Assembly: GCA_000934665.2 (NCBI GenBank)
Contig: KZ537990.1
Location: 1-64,000 of the forward strand
Direction: 5' to 3'
Length of the DNA stretch: 64,000 nt
DNA from: Catajapyx aquilonaris
Taxonomy: Eukaryota
Shown: one piece after another, positions 50,201 through 61,500 of the stretch
Layout: each line of letters opens with the position of its first letter
How positions within the stretch are numbered: the stretch's first letter is position 1
Program-made: the position numbers and the translations under genes
The notes under the pieces: model-generated
Database searches by the model: none
Told to the model about the DNA's origin: nothing
The model's input: the letters and a program-made list of their open reading frames with translations, nothing else

Positions 50201-53200
50201 TTAACACGTTTTTCTCCCGAGCCTCTCCGTTTTCTGATGTACAGTCAGTAATTCGTTTTGGCATAATCCATAATGTTGTTTTCCATTGCATGGCGTCAGA
50301 CCATAATATGTGCAGTCATTTAAGAGCCATTACACGGTTATCGTCCGACGCCTTGCCACAGTATTACCTCTCTCGCTTTTATTTTTTTTTCCCCAAGCCC
50401 AACACATTGTCATTCTCATTGTAGTCGCCTCGCATTTTATGATGAAGGGAGGGGGGATTTCGCTGGTCCCGGGAACAAATTGCAGCAATAATGGATTTGG
50501 AGTTACAATTAGCTCTTACGCAACGCACTGAAGTGGTTAACCGCATTGTGAATTTCCGAATAATACGATGAACCGTTCTGGCGTCGTTTTTTAAAGCCAC
50601 ACCCCATATCCTATTGAATCCCGTAAATTGAATTGATAATGATGTTTTTTGAAAGCATCCCTTGCGCGCAATGGTTAGTTAGCTTCGAGCACATTAATGC
50701 TATTCTATCAAGTCATTCAAACATAGAATGTGATTGTTGTACTCATGATTTATGTGCACACCTTCTCTTGTAATGTAAATATTGCTAAGAACAGATTTCG
50801 ATGTTTGGATTTCGATGATAGGAAAAGACCACGAGAAAAATTCATATTTCATACCCCGCAGACATGATGTCCGTCCATGCTTGCTCAACTTGGTCAGATG
50901 GCCGTCACTGAAATTGGAAAATGAGAAGATTTTTTTAACCTGAATTTTCACACCCTGACTACATATAATCTCTGACATACTGCATGCACCGCGTTTTATA
51001 ATGCAGCTCTCTGGTGCTCTCGTCGTATTTCAGGCTAAATGTAGACATTAAGTCCTTCATTTTACATCACAGTGTAATAATTTAATAATGGTGTGATGCA
51101 AGTGGGAAACAGCCGGATTTTGCTGACCTTCAAGGTAAATTAAGCCTGTGCCATGCAATATATGCACTTAAATAATTATATGCTACTTGGTAAGTAATAT
51201 AAATTAATTATTTACACTGGATATGACCAAAGTGTTTAAAACTTCAACTTGCAGGTTCATCGACGATCTATTATATGTCGAAACGTGCCTGCTTTCCACA
51301 GATAATTACAGCTCGATGGCAACGTTTACGAAGCGTATAAATCTTGGTCAAAACCGTGCCTCTCCAGTTAATTAACCTGCGCAATTCCCACATGAAACTG
51401 CCAGACGCAGCAGACCAGCTACGTATGCGTTCAAAGGAAGCACACCTTGTGAGCGTTACATGCTTCGGCAAATACCAGCCCGTTTGCTGTACTAATTTAT
51501 TATTGGTTGTTCTCGTTGCCGGACGCTATCTTTGCATAAATTGAGATCATGAGTTGCACGCCCGCTGGTTCTACATCCAGTGTGAGTTGCCAGGTGTTGC
51601 AGCAATGAAATAAATTCAATGTTTTCATAAACATGCACCAATTTTTGTGATAATATTGCTGCGGTCTTCGTACACCTATTCATATAATGTACGTGCAGCT
51701 GTTTACTTAAAAATGGATGATTTATGCTGAAGTTAAGAAGCACACAAAAAAAATAGTTATCCTCATGCATATTCCGCACGGATAAGCCAGAATTTATTTT
51801 GGAAGCGTGTATCTTTCCGGATGGGCTAATTCAGTGCTGGAAATTGGCAGCTGTTAAGCGCTACCCGGGTCCAGAATGCAATGCATAAACTTTATCTGCC
51901 CTTGGTGGTATTCCGGGTTAGATGAATAATTATGCGGGAAAGATACGGTTTAGTGTGGACACTGCTGGGACGAACTAACATCGTGGTATTGCGATTACAA
52001 AACTGCCGGTTTCCACTGAAACGATGCCAAACACCAGTGAAGTCTATGCGTTTATCAGCGACGATGAAAAAAAAATTATCTGCAGGTCATACCTCAGTTC
52101 ACATTAAAATCATTACCATCTTATGAGTTTATAAGAAAAGCGCTGAAATCTACTCAACTTTCTCCAGTTATTCGCATTGTAATGTACTCCTCACATTTTC
52201 TTTTTGTTGAGAGATCTGTAATATGGCTACATTATTTCTAATGAAAAGCCTGCAGCTTCGAAAGTTTTACCTAAAAACTATTGGAAAGCTGAAGGAGTAT
52301 AATTAGTCTTGAAACATGATCGCCCTTTCTTTGAGCAACACAAAGTCTGAGTTTCCCAGGAACTTTATTACCCTTTGTTCCTTTCGTACATACGTAACCT
52401 CCAATGAGCAGTTGTAGTTGAAGTCAATATTAATGTCGAGATTTCAAATAAATAGGAAATAAAATTCGTATCTCTTAGGCCGCACACGGACGCAACAGGT
52501 TGCCTGGTGACAGACAGTGTCTTCAGTATGATCTATAATTACTGGCTCATACGGTAGTGCATATCGCATTATATTCCACTGGAAGTAATTACTGAGCCAA
52601 AGCGTCAGTGTGGTTTCAGACATTCTCATAATATCAGATTTGTACAGTAGCTTTGAGAAATTCTCTCAAAGGAGATGCGGCCTGAGGCAAAACAAATTGG
52701 CGACATATACTACTGTGGGCGTAGTAATCTCGGCTGGCGCATTTCTAATTAGGACTTGCAGCAGTCTGTACTGAGGTTCCCAGCAAGTTGAGGTAGTCGG
52801 CTACAAAGGTTTAATCTCTCGGGGGTTTCTAGTGCAAACCAAGTCAAAACCCGAACCAGACGACGACGGCGACGTTCGGAAATAGCAAACGTCTTGAAAG
52901 ACGACAGGGGGCTCTCCTTTTGATGTGATGTCTTTGAGGTGTCCCTTGAAAGCCTCGCCCAATTCTGAGGGAATACACAATAAGACACCTGTTCCACTCC
53001 ATCAAAATCCGAACGTCGAAAATAAAAATTCTATAGTCTAAACAATGAAACTAATTAATAGTGTTGCAGCTATGTTCCTAAGCTTAACTCAGTTTTGACA
53101 TTTTTGTGGGTTGACTCATTCTTGCATAACACAGTCCAATAATATTATAACCAGCTGCTTTTTTAAAAAAACTTGGTGCAATACCAATATTATATCGAAC

Positions 53201-53950
53201 TAACTCCTGAACCACTTTGCAAAACTTTTAGCATTGTGATAATAACTGCCAAATTTTCTCTCGCAAAAAAAAGAAGTTCTTTTACTTTTATTTTTGAGCC
53301 CATTTTCCTCCTTGATCTGAAGTTCTGAACCGGAGGCATCATCATCCCCAAGCGAGTCCCTCCTCAACTCCTGAAAACACTAACTCCATTATAAAGTCGA
53401 GGCGGGCGTCGTGCCGTGCATAATCTCTTTCTCTCATATAATCCTTTACCTCCTTCCAACAGCAGATTGTGTCCAGGACGAATGCCCCGGTCTCTTTCGG
53501 ATTACTGCCATTCACTCACTTTCAAAGCGATAAAGCTGTTTTAAGGTCCCCCACCCCACCCCCTTTTCCAACTGGCACTCTCTCTATATGGGAGATATTG
53601 AAGCTCTTTCATGTCTACGCGAATAATTGCGCGCCAAAAAAAGAGGCGAAGTTGACGTTTGGGCTCCACCAACTTTTGTTGTCCCTTTATCTTCACAAGT
53701 GCAGACATGGACACGCAGAAGTTTTCGTCTTTTCAGAAACTGGCCGCGGGGCTTGGCTGCAAAAAGGTGTAAGCCGGGAGTAATTTACTGGTGGGTGTAT
53801 GCTCAGGGCCAGATTTTGCAAATATTACTGGGCAAAAGCTGGATTCATATTTGCAGAATATTGCACACTACCGCCTGGTCAGTCACGACAACGAACGTGC
53901 CATACCATCTCGCAAAAACAATGCAAACAAGGTGCAAATTTCCCCACTCA

Positions 53951-54055
53951 TCACGTGACGTCAATATTGTCCTTCAGATCCCATTATGATAATTTCACGC
54001 ACCAGTCATGGTCACCTGCACATGTGGGTGTAACACGTCACGTCACTTACATAAA
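53951..54055 (+). promoter_or_regulatory. Promoter of Cys-rich gene 1: overlapping E-box/CRE, further E-boxes, ACGTCACGT, TATA-like
   Basis: TCACGTGACGTCA at 53951-53963, CACCTGCACATGTG, GTGTAACACGTCACGT and CATAAA at 54050. The E-box/CRE, E-box and ACGTCACGT motifs are retained in copy 2. Confidence 0.6.
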
Positions 54056-54132
54056 GGTTCCGGTTTGTAACCACATCCTCACATTCTGAGGTCTGAAGTG
54101 AGTAAGTGCTGTTGTAGTCTGAAAGGGTAAAG

Positions 54133-54357
54133 ATGGAGAAACTGCTGGTGATCCTGGTGGCGATGGGTCTGATCGTCTGTGCCACTGGAGAAACAATGAG
54201 GGCAGGAAATAATAGTTGCCTCGCTGGTGACCCACCGACTCAGGTCTGCCCAGGTCAGGAATGTCCTATGTTCAAGTGCGTCGCCGGTTCTGTCATGGTT
54301 TGTGACGAGGGCAAGTGCTGTGCCCATTGCTATCTTCCTGGAACCACAGATAGTTAA
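54133..54357 (+). CDS. Small secreted cysteine-rich peptide 1 (74 aa, 8 Cys in the mature region, VWC-C-terminal-like CCxxC)
   Basis: Signal-peptide-like MEKLLVILVAMGLIVCATG; C-x9-C-x4-C-x4-C-x7-C-x4-CC-x2-C; Kozak-like AAGATGG; paralog 1 kb downstream; 3'-UTR intron 54359-54471 (GTACGT..TTGCAG); AATAAA at 54554. Confidence 0.88.
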   Translation: MEKLLVILVAMGLIVCATGETMRAGNNSCLAGDPPTQVCPGQECPMFKCVAGSVMVCDEGKCCAHCYLPGTTDS

Positions 54358-54909
54358 GGTACGTCACAGCCCATTTTCGTGCCAAGTTCGATAAAGGAAA
54401 TGAAATTTCTGTGCAACCCTGTAACTAACTGCGGCCATTTTTATAATTGACTTGTAGCATGGTTCTTGCAGGTTTAACTGGGATCGATAGCGGTCAATTC
54501 GCTGTCACGGATGATGGTTGCAGATGAGAGTGACTCTGTATCAGTTCACACCGAATAAAATTAATATGAGAAATACGTGAATTTAATACAGTGTCGCCTT
54601 ATTTTATTTATAAAATTTTTCATGATATCCTAAACAAGAAAACATCATTTGGTGTTTAGTTCTTTCTGTACTAACCATTTATCTCCCGCGAGGATTTTGG
54701 TATGATTAGGCCTATACATGATTACAACATCCTGACATGGTCCTGGTATGATTACAACATCCTGACATTTTGTATCGCAAAAATGTGATATGAATTTAGA
54801 TTGTATGGTAAAGAGAGTATTCCCCTTACTCAATGGGAGAGTCATGGCCAGGCAATGTGCCATACTATCTCGCAAAAATAAGCAAACAATGTGCAAATTT
54901 CACCATGTA

Positions 54910-55027
54910 TCACATGACGTCAATAATGTCCTTCAGATTCCATTATGATAATTGCAGGCACCAGGACCATGAACACCTGCACATATGTGGAGTGTAACAC
55001 GTCACGTTATGTAGCCTACTTAAAGGA
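54910..55027 (+). promoter_or_regulatory. Promoter of Cys-rich gene 2
   Basis: TCACATGACGTCA at 54910-54922, CACCTGCACATATGTG and GTGTAACACGTCACGT, paralogous to copy 1. Confidence 0.55.
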
Positions 55028-55116
55028 TCTGGCTTGTAACCACTTCCTTACATTCTGAGGTCTAACGTGAGACAGACTAGGTGTGCTGAAATTGTGATCT
55101 CTGAAAGGGTTAAAGG

Positions 55117-55323
55117 ATGGGTAAGATGCTGCCAGTGATCCTGATGGTGGCGATGGGTCTGATCGTCTGTGCCGCTGGAGCAGAGGTGGACCCAGAAACT
55201 AACCGTTGCATCCCTAGTCCTCCGGACTGCCCAGCAGATGACATATGCCCATTTTACAAGTGCGCACCCGGTTCTGTCATGGTTTGCGATGAGGGCGAGT
55301 GCTGTGCCCGTTGTTCGGACTGA
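55117..55323 (+). CDS. Small secreted cysteine-rich peptide 2 (68 aa)
   Basis: Signal-peptide-like MGKMLPVILMVAMGLIVCAAG; C-x6-C-x5-C-x4-C-x7-C-x4-CC-x2-C; shares GSVMVCDEGxCCAxC with peptide 1; 3'-UTR intron 55341-55490 (GTATGT..TTGCAG); AATAAA at 55593 and 55602. Confidence 0.88.
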   Translation: MGKMLPVILMVAMGLIVCAAGAEVDPETNRCIPSPPDCPADDICPFYKCAPGSVMVCDEGECCARCSD

Positions 55324-58030
55324 AGGCAAGTAGCGTTTAGGTATGTCGCAGACAGTTTTTGTGACAAATTAGATAAAATTATTATGAAAGGATATTTACG
55401 TGAATGTCCTAGATGCTCCTTAGGCAATTCTCCATGTAACTAACTGGCCACATATTTTATAACTAGAGTTTTTGTCGCATGTTATTGCAGGTTTAACTTG
55501 AACCATCGGTGTAGCAGCCAATTCGCTGTCACTGATGATATGGTTGCAGATGAACGTGACTCCATTGCGCGACTCTGTACCAGTTCACACCGAATAAATA
55601 CAATAAAACAATGAAATTCCTGCAGTGCCTCCTTATTATGTTTTATGTACAGAATATTTTCATCAGTACAGTAATGTACGAGTACCTAAGTAGGCCTACT
55701 GTACACCAAACATCTAGTAATCAACTTCCAATCAGATTTTCTTATTTTCAGTATACAGCACATTTGGCTAATAATTTTTGGTTAAGTAGCTTGCAATAAT
55801 TAAACCTTATCACGTTCCCCTAACGCCTATACATATGGTAGACACTGCGTGTTTCAAAACTATCATGTGCGTAAAAATTTCGCGGATGCTCATTTCCACT
55901 GGCTCCACTGTTGCCTCCCTTGCAAGAGCATTGAGAAACGAGTCTGCAGAGCCCATTTTATGGGTTTTTCAATGGTGTGCATAAAAATATGCCAAATTTA
56001 AGTTCAAAGGCATCTGAGGCGGAAAGTCCGTAAAATCTTCACCAATATTAATAAGTGTATGCTGAATTTTGAAACGTAAAGTACAAGATGACGTCAATTG
56101 AACCACGTATTTTGCTATTTGTTTGCCTCGACACAACCATTGCCATCATAACAATCAGCAAGTGCAGCTGTGGTTGATTTTCCTCATGTCTGCTCAGGAA
56201 GGTCGGCAGAATCAACACTGCTTGCACAGGTGCACATATTAAGCGCAATATCCTCATATATGCTGACGAAAGTCGACAGAATAAATCATTCCTATACGCA
56301 ATATGAAGGATGTTCGTAAAGTCCAACCACAACAGCACCAATACCATTAGTGATAATAAAATGGCGTGAATTAGTCGTTCTTTTTTGGACTTCTTGAAGT
56401 ACGCAATATTTTGCATCCTTTCCAGGTTAAATACCATGTTGTTTACATGAATTATTCACAACAGTGAACAGTATACAACATTACTATAGACTTACAATAT
56501 CTGATAATCAGGTAAAACGCACGCGGAATAATGTATAGCCAATTTAAATCATTAATCGATTTCAGCTATGTCAAATAGGCACGCTGCAATAATTACTCTA
56601 TGATACAGTACCATTGATAAATTTAAACCCTCGTATTACATAGCACTCACTCTCGCAGGTCAATATCAACCTCTCTAAAATATCCACGCCAATATGGTGT
56701 CATAACTTCTGCTTTCTTCGCAACGTCAACGTAAGTTGCCAAAATGGACTTTGCCGGCCTTAACTTATGCGCAGGTTGCAAAATTAACCCGCTTCTACAT
56801 AGAGTACCTGTTGCTCTCATTTTCCAATAAAATACATAAATTCGCATAGCTACATACAGAAAGGCTTATTACTTGTATTAAAGCACACCCTGTACACGAA
56901 TTTGACACCAAAAGCATAATTTAACGAGTAAACCCGGACAAAAAGCAAACTACTTGTACATATTTTTCTATCCGACGTCCATTGCATGTGTTAAAACTTT
57001 GATAACGTCCCAGAACAATTTGTGCGGTTGGTGCTAATGGACAAACCTACGTCATTAATTAGCATTGGCTCCGGTTTGATGATGACACTCCGCCAATCAT
57101 ATTAATTTTTACCGCTTCCAATTTAATTATTCAAGTGGCTTGAAACTCCCGCCGTTCCTATATAAGCTGTGGAACCCAGACCCATTTTTACGTACGCCTG
57201 CTTTTTGCTGATTTACGATTTTGGTGCATGATTATTATTAATCGAGGGGATTCTGCAATCATTTGTTATTGTTGGCTGTCGGATGCCATTAATCCTGTCA
57301 GGTGCGATGACTGATGAGCCGTGGACCAATGCTAATTGTCCCGAATGTCGTGCACGTCAGCATGTCCCCAAATTACTTATGACGAGTTTCATCAAGCTTC
57401 CTGTTAACTGCGGCCTGAGTGTCGAGTTACATTTTGTGCATAGGAACCTACGCTAAAGTGCCATTGTGTTCAGCGCATTGTTCGGGCCTGTACCCACACA
57501 GAATGAAGTACATATGCCCTTACTTTTTAGTAAGTGTGGGCAGGTGCTATTATTCGCTATAATAAAAACATGCATTTTTAGCGATTTTGTTTTATGAAAT
57601 GACGCAAGTGAATCCCTGGCCAACATTTCGAAATACTGCTCCCACGACTGTGAACATAGTACCAAATGTCTCACATAGATGACTCACTGGACAGAGGCAC
57701 AGACCAATACAGGGTTTAGAAAGCATTGAAATACTAATGAGAGTCAATAATTGAAGCTACTGTACATAATTATATTCCAAAGTGCTATTCGACTGGCCAC
57801 AGTTCCAGCTCCCTGTAAACCAATAGCAGCTTAATCGAGGCCATTAGAAATCTGCTAATTTTTAATAGTCCTTTGCGTTTACATGCAAACTCGTGGGACG
57901 TGCAAAGCCCATTGTGTGTGCAAAGTGCTGTACAAATGGTGCTCAAACTGGTCCTGGCTCCAAGGTGCAATTTAACCCTGGGAATGAAAGTGCGTCTTGT
58001 GCTGCCGAGGGTACTTTAGCTGGGGCGCCA

Positions 58031-58152
58031 GGTGAATAATGCCTGCGCTCCGCTCCTTTTGATGGCGGCCAATCCAATCGTGCAAGCTGACTTGGGGCCG
58101 TTTTATAAGCCCAACATAATTCACATTCGGAAAGGAAATCATTAGAGGCCAC
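58031..58152 (+). promoter_or_regulatory. Recurrent non-coding module E, copy 2
   Basis: See module E copy 1; offset ~29.2 kb. Confidence 0.8.
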
Positions 58153-58337
58153 CACCCCCAAGCCCCCAATTGAATCGATTTGCTCATCTCCACACATACA
58201 TATATAGGAAGATCCCTTCGTATATAATAATTTAAAATTGATGGTACGTCAACACTGCTATAATGTACACTGATTAATATTAGTTAGAAATTTCACTGCA
58301 GGTGTGACTAGGATTTGACAGGGTTGTGTGGCAGGTT

Positions 58338-58523
58338 GCGATAAGGCCCCAGGCTTTTCCCTGACTCGCAATTAGGCTCATTCAATCGACAGGAAGCCTG
58401 GGAACCGCCAAAAGCATAATTACCGAGCTCATCTTCTTTCACGTCACCCGGAAGACTCGCAGGAAGAAGCTTCATCAATCTTGTAAAGGTTAATTCATTT
58501 TCTCAGGGCTGAATAATCGAAGG
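58338..58523 (+). promoter_or_regulatory. Recurrent non-coding module D, copy 2
   Basis: See module D copy 1; offset ~28.1 kb. Confidence 0.85.
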
Positions 58524-61500
58524 GCTTTGCGACGACCCTGCCTGCAGGATATACACCAATAGCAATTTATTATTTTATATCCCGGCATTGCATGCAAATA
58601 AATACGTGGAGTAGACCATATTTTCGGATTTTGCCGGTTGCAATTTGCACTTTTGAATTTATTGCTCTCCACAATATTTGCAACCGGAGATGTGCTCCGT
58701 CGCAAATAAATATCAAGTTCGCAGCCCATAAGAGCAGATATCTGGCATCAGAAAGGTAATAAATATCCCTCCCAGCAGCTGAGGCCAGAGTGTAACATAA
58801 TGAAAAACCGGACGGATTGCTGGAGCCTCCAGAATTTCTGACTGCTTTTCTGCCAACTGGCAATATTTTTCTTGTAGTGATGTATCATAAAAAAGAGATT
58901 CGTTGCAAGCACTTTGAGGGCTTTATCGGGGTCATAGGGGCGTCTTTAGTGGCAAATAGAGCCGTACTATTGGTTCAGTCCGAAGTAGCTTCATTTCAGT
59001 ATATAACAGGCTGGTTTGAGGTCACCTCTGGTCGACTCTCAGCCATTTGTTATTGGCGATTTTAATTAAAACAAATGAGTATTGTTATCATGTTCATTGT
59101 TTTCTCTTTTTGATTACTCTGCTGTTTCGTCATATTTGGGGCATATACACTCGTATTGCTGAATCATTTGTAGACAAAGAATATAATGACGTGCTTCCAT
59201 CATTAGGCCACATTGCTCCAGGCATATGCTGGCCACAGTCTACAACAACAACAAAAAAAGTTGCAAACTGAGCTGCATCCAACGCTGCCTCAGTTCTATA
59301 GTAACGAGGAACTGGAAATGGAATGTCACAGAGAGCTCACACCTAACTTTTCTCTCTCTCTCAGTATTTTTCTCTCTCTTCTATATAGGAAACTTCTATA
59401 GTTCCTGGAGAAAAGCACTCGCATTGTTACCGTCCGCACCTCTGAGACTGCCTCATTTATTTTGTTTATGAATACTATTTTTCCCCCCAGAGCCAGTTTT
59501 TGGCACCGTGATTTCCTCTGAAAAGTTGGACATAATGATGCGCTTCTAGCAGTGCTATTTTAAAAAAAACTCCATAAGAAGTAATTGTGAAATATTAGAC
59601 GGCCGGAACGTGGTCTCGTAACAAACACCGCTCATATGATGATGACAGCTTCTAACCATTTATTATCCGGCTGAAACATTAGTTACTTCTGGAATATTAT
59701 GCCGACAAACTGAAACTGTTGCACAATATTTATAATAAAATAATCATGGCAAATTTCTTCTCAAGTATTTATCCACTTCTGGGCTGGCTATCGTCTTACA
59801 TATAATATTTATGTCTGTCACGGCTACCTAAACCACTTCCGGGGTCCTAATAGCGCTGAAAATTGGCACAATGACGTCTTACGAAAACTGCAATTTATTG
59901 ACTGTATAAATATACCCTAAATTTAGGCCTTTTTTGTTATAGTGATATTTGGTGCCGCATCTTCGGAAATTGTGGCACAGATTTCTTTTACTTATCAATC
60001 ACCGTGCGAAGAACGGGCGCCCCTGCTAGTCCTGAATATTACATTGATATATACTCTGCATTTTTCATACACCGACCGTTGCATTATTCCAAGCCACACT
60101 AAAAAGCGAATTTATATGAGAAAGATGTGCCTCGGTACGTTCGAAGCGGCTTATGCATGAAGACATTGCTCGCCACTTCTTCTTTTCTCTCACTCCCTAT
60201 CTCTTTCAGACTCCACGGAAGTGAATTACATTTCAGCTGGAAATGCACACGCTTCAAAAATTGGCCCATCCCAGCAGCACTTTCCACGCTTTAAAAAAAT
60301 CTGACTTTTTTTTCTCTAAAAAATGTTGACCTTTCCAGAGTGACAAGTAAGATTCCTCTCTCCTTTTTTTTATTATTATTCTTCCCCAGCACCTTCCTAA
60401 TTTGAATCCTGCCTCCTTGATTGGCCGAGACTGGCGAAATGTGACAAGGTAACTGGCACAAGGACTAAGGGATGATCCCAACGAGTGACGGGAACATGCC
60501 TTTCTCATTACTTGGCGTGTCTGGGTTCTGGGCTGCGGCTGTCACAGGAAGAGGAGGGTAGGGCCAAAAACTGCTGGTGGTGGGGGAGAGAGGATAAGGG
60601 TGGGGGTGGGTAAAATGGAACTTGTCATGCGCCATACACTTGGGAGAAAGGATCCTCTTGGGGAAGCTGCGTGCTCATTGAATGCACCTCCCCCCCCTCC
60701 TCCCAAGTTCCCTTTTGGTTCAGGGGCGCCAATGTGAATAAAGCGAATGCAATGCCATTATCGGGCGGAGTGTGTCCGCATCCATTTCTATGGTAAGGAG
60801 CGCTTAGTTTGGGCTTAATGTGGTGTGTAGAGTATATCCTGTCGAGTTGGGAGCTTCACGAAGTTAACTTCTTGGTATAGGATGTGATTTTTTTTTTTTT
60901 GCAGCTGCTTGACAATGGTGGCCAAGAAGTTAACTCTGTGATAAATTGTACTGTAATAATTGAATACGTGAAATGCAGAACAGTCAGTCACATTGTTATT
61001 AAAAATTGTGTTATTAGTTGTGTAATTTTTTTGTCGGTTAGGTACGCTCTTGAAATTGAACTATTCATAATTAATTATTTAAAAAATCCCATCAGGGACG
61101 ATGCAATGCTCAAATTCTCATTTATAATAATATCCAATGTGATGGTTCTGCTTTCAAATTAATTCAGGCTGTGACGCTGCTTACAAATTAACTTAAACTG
61201 ATGGCAGTAGTGTTGGTTTAAAGTAATCTGACGATTAGCACTGATTTTTTAAAATACCGTATGTCTGAAGCCCAAAAGTCTTGAACACATTGGTAATATT
61301 GCATTTTATTGTTGGTTGACAATATTGGCGACCTGGCAACCAACAATGCAATACAATTATCAATGTATCCAGACTTTCGGGTCACCCTGTATGCCATGTG
61401 CGAAAATCCATTACGCGTCTTACCTGCCTGCACAAATTGCAATTTGCAACTCTCAGTACAGTAACCTGGAATAGATCGCATTTTCCCCATGTCGGCTCTT

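Larger units (their letters stand above)
53881..55665 (+). repeat. Tandem duplication of a ~750-830 bp gene unit (53881-54625 and 54840-55665)
   Basis: Promoter, CDS, intron and 3' UTR all align between the two copies at an offset of ~960-1040 nt. Confidence 0.92.

Noticed and set aside
54098..54117. GTGAGT..TGTAG as a 5'-UTR intron of peptide gene 1
   Set aside because: Only ~20 nt long and not conserved in copy 2.
56048..56437. 129-aa hydrophobic minus-strand ORF
   Set aside because: No recognisable motif or convincing splice context; the hydrophobicity is explained by T-richness.
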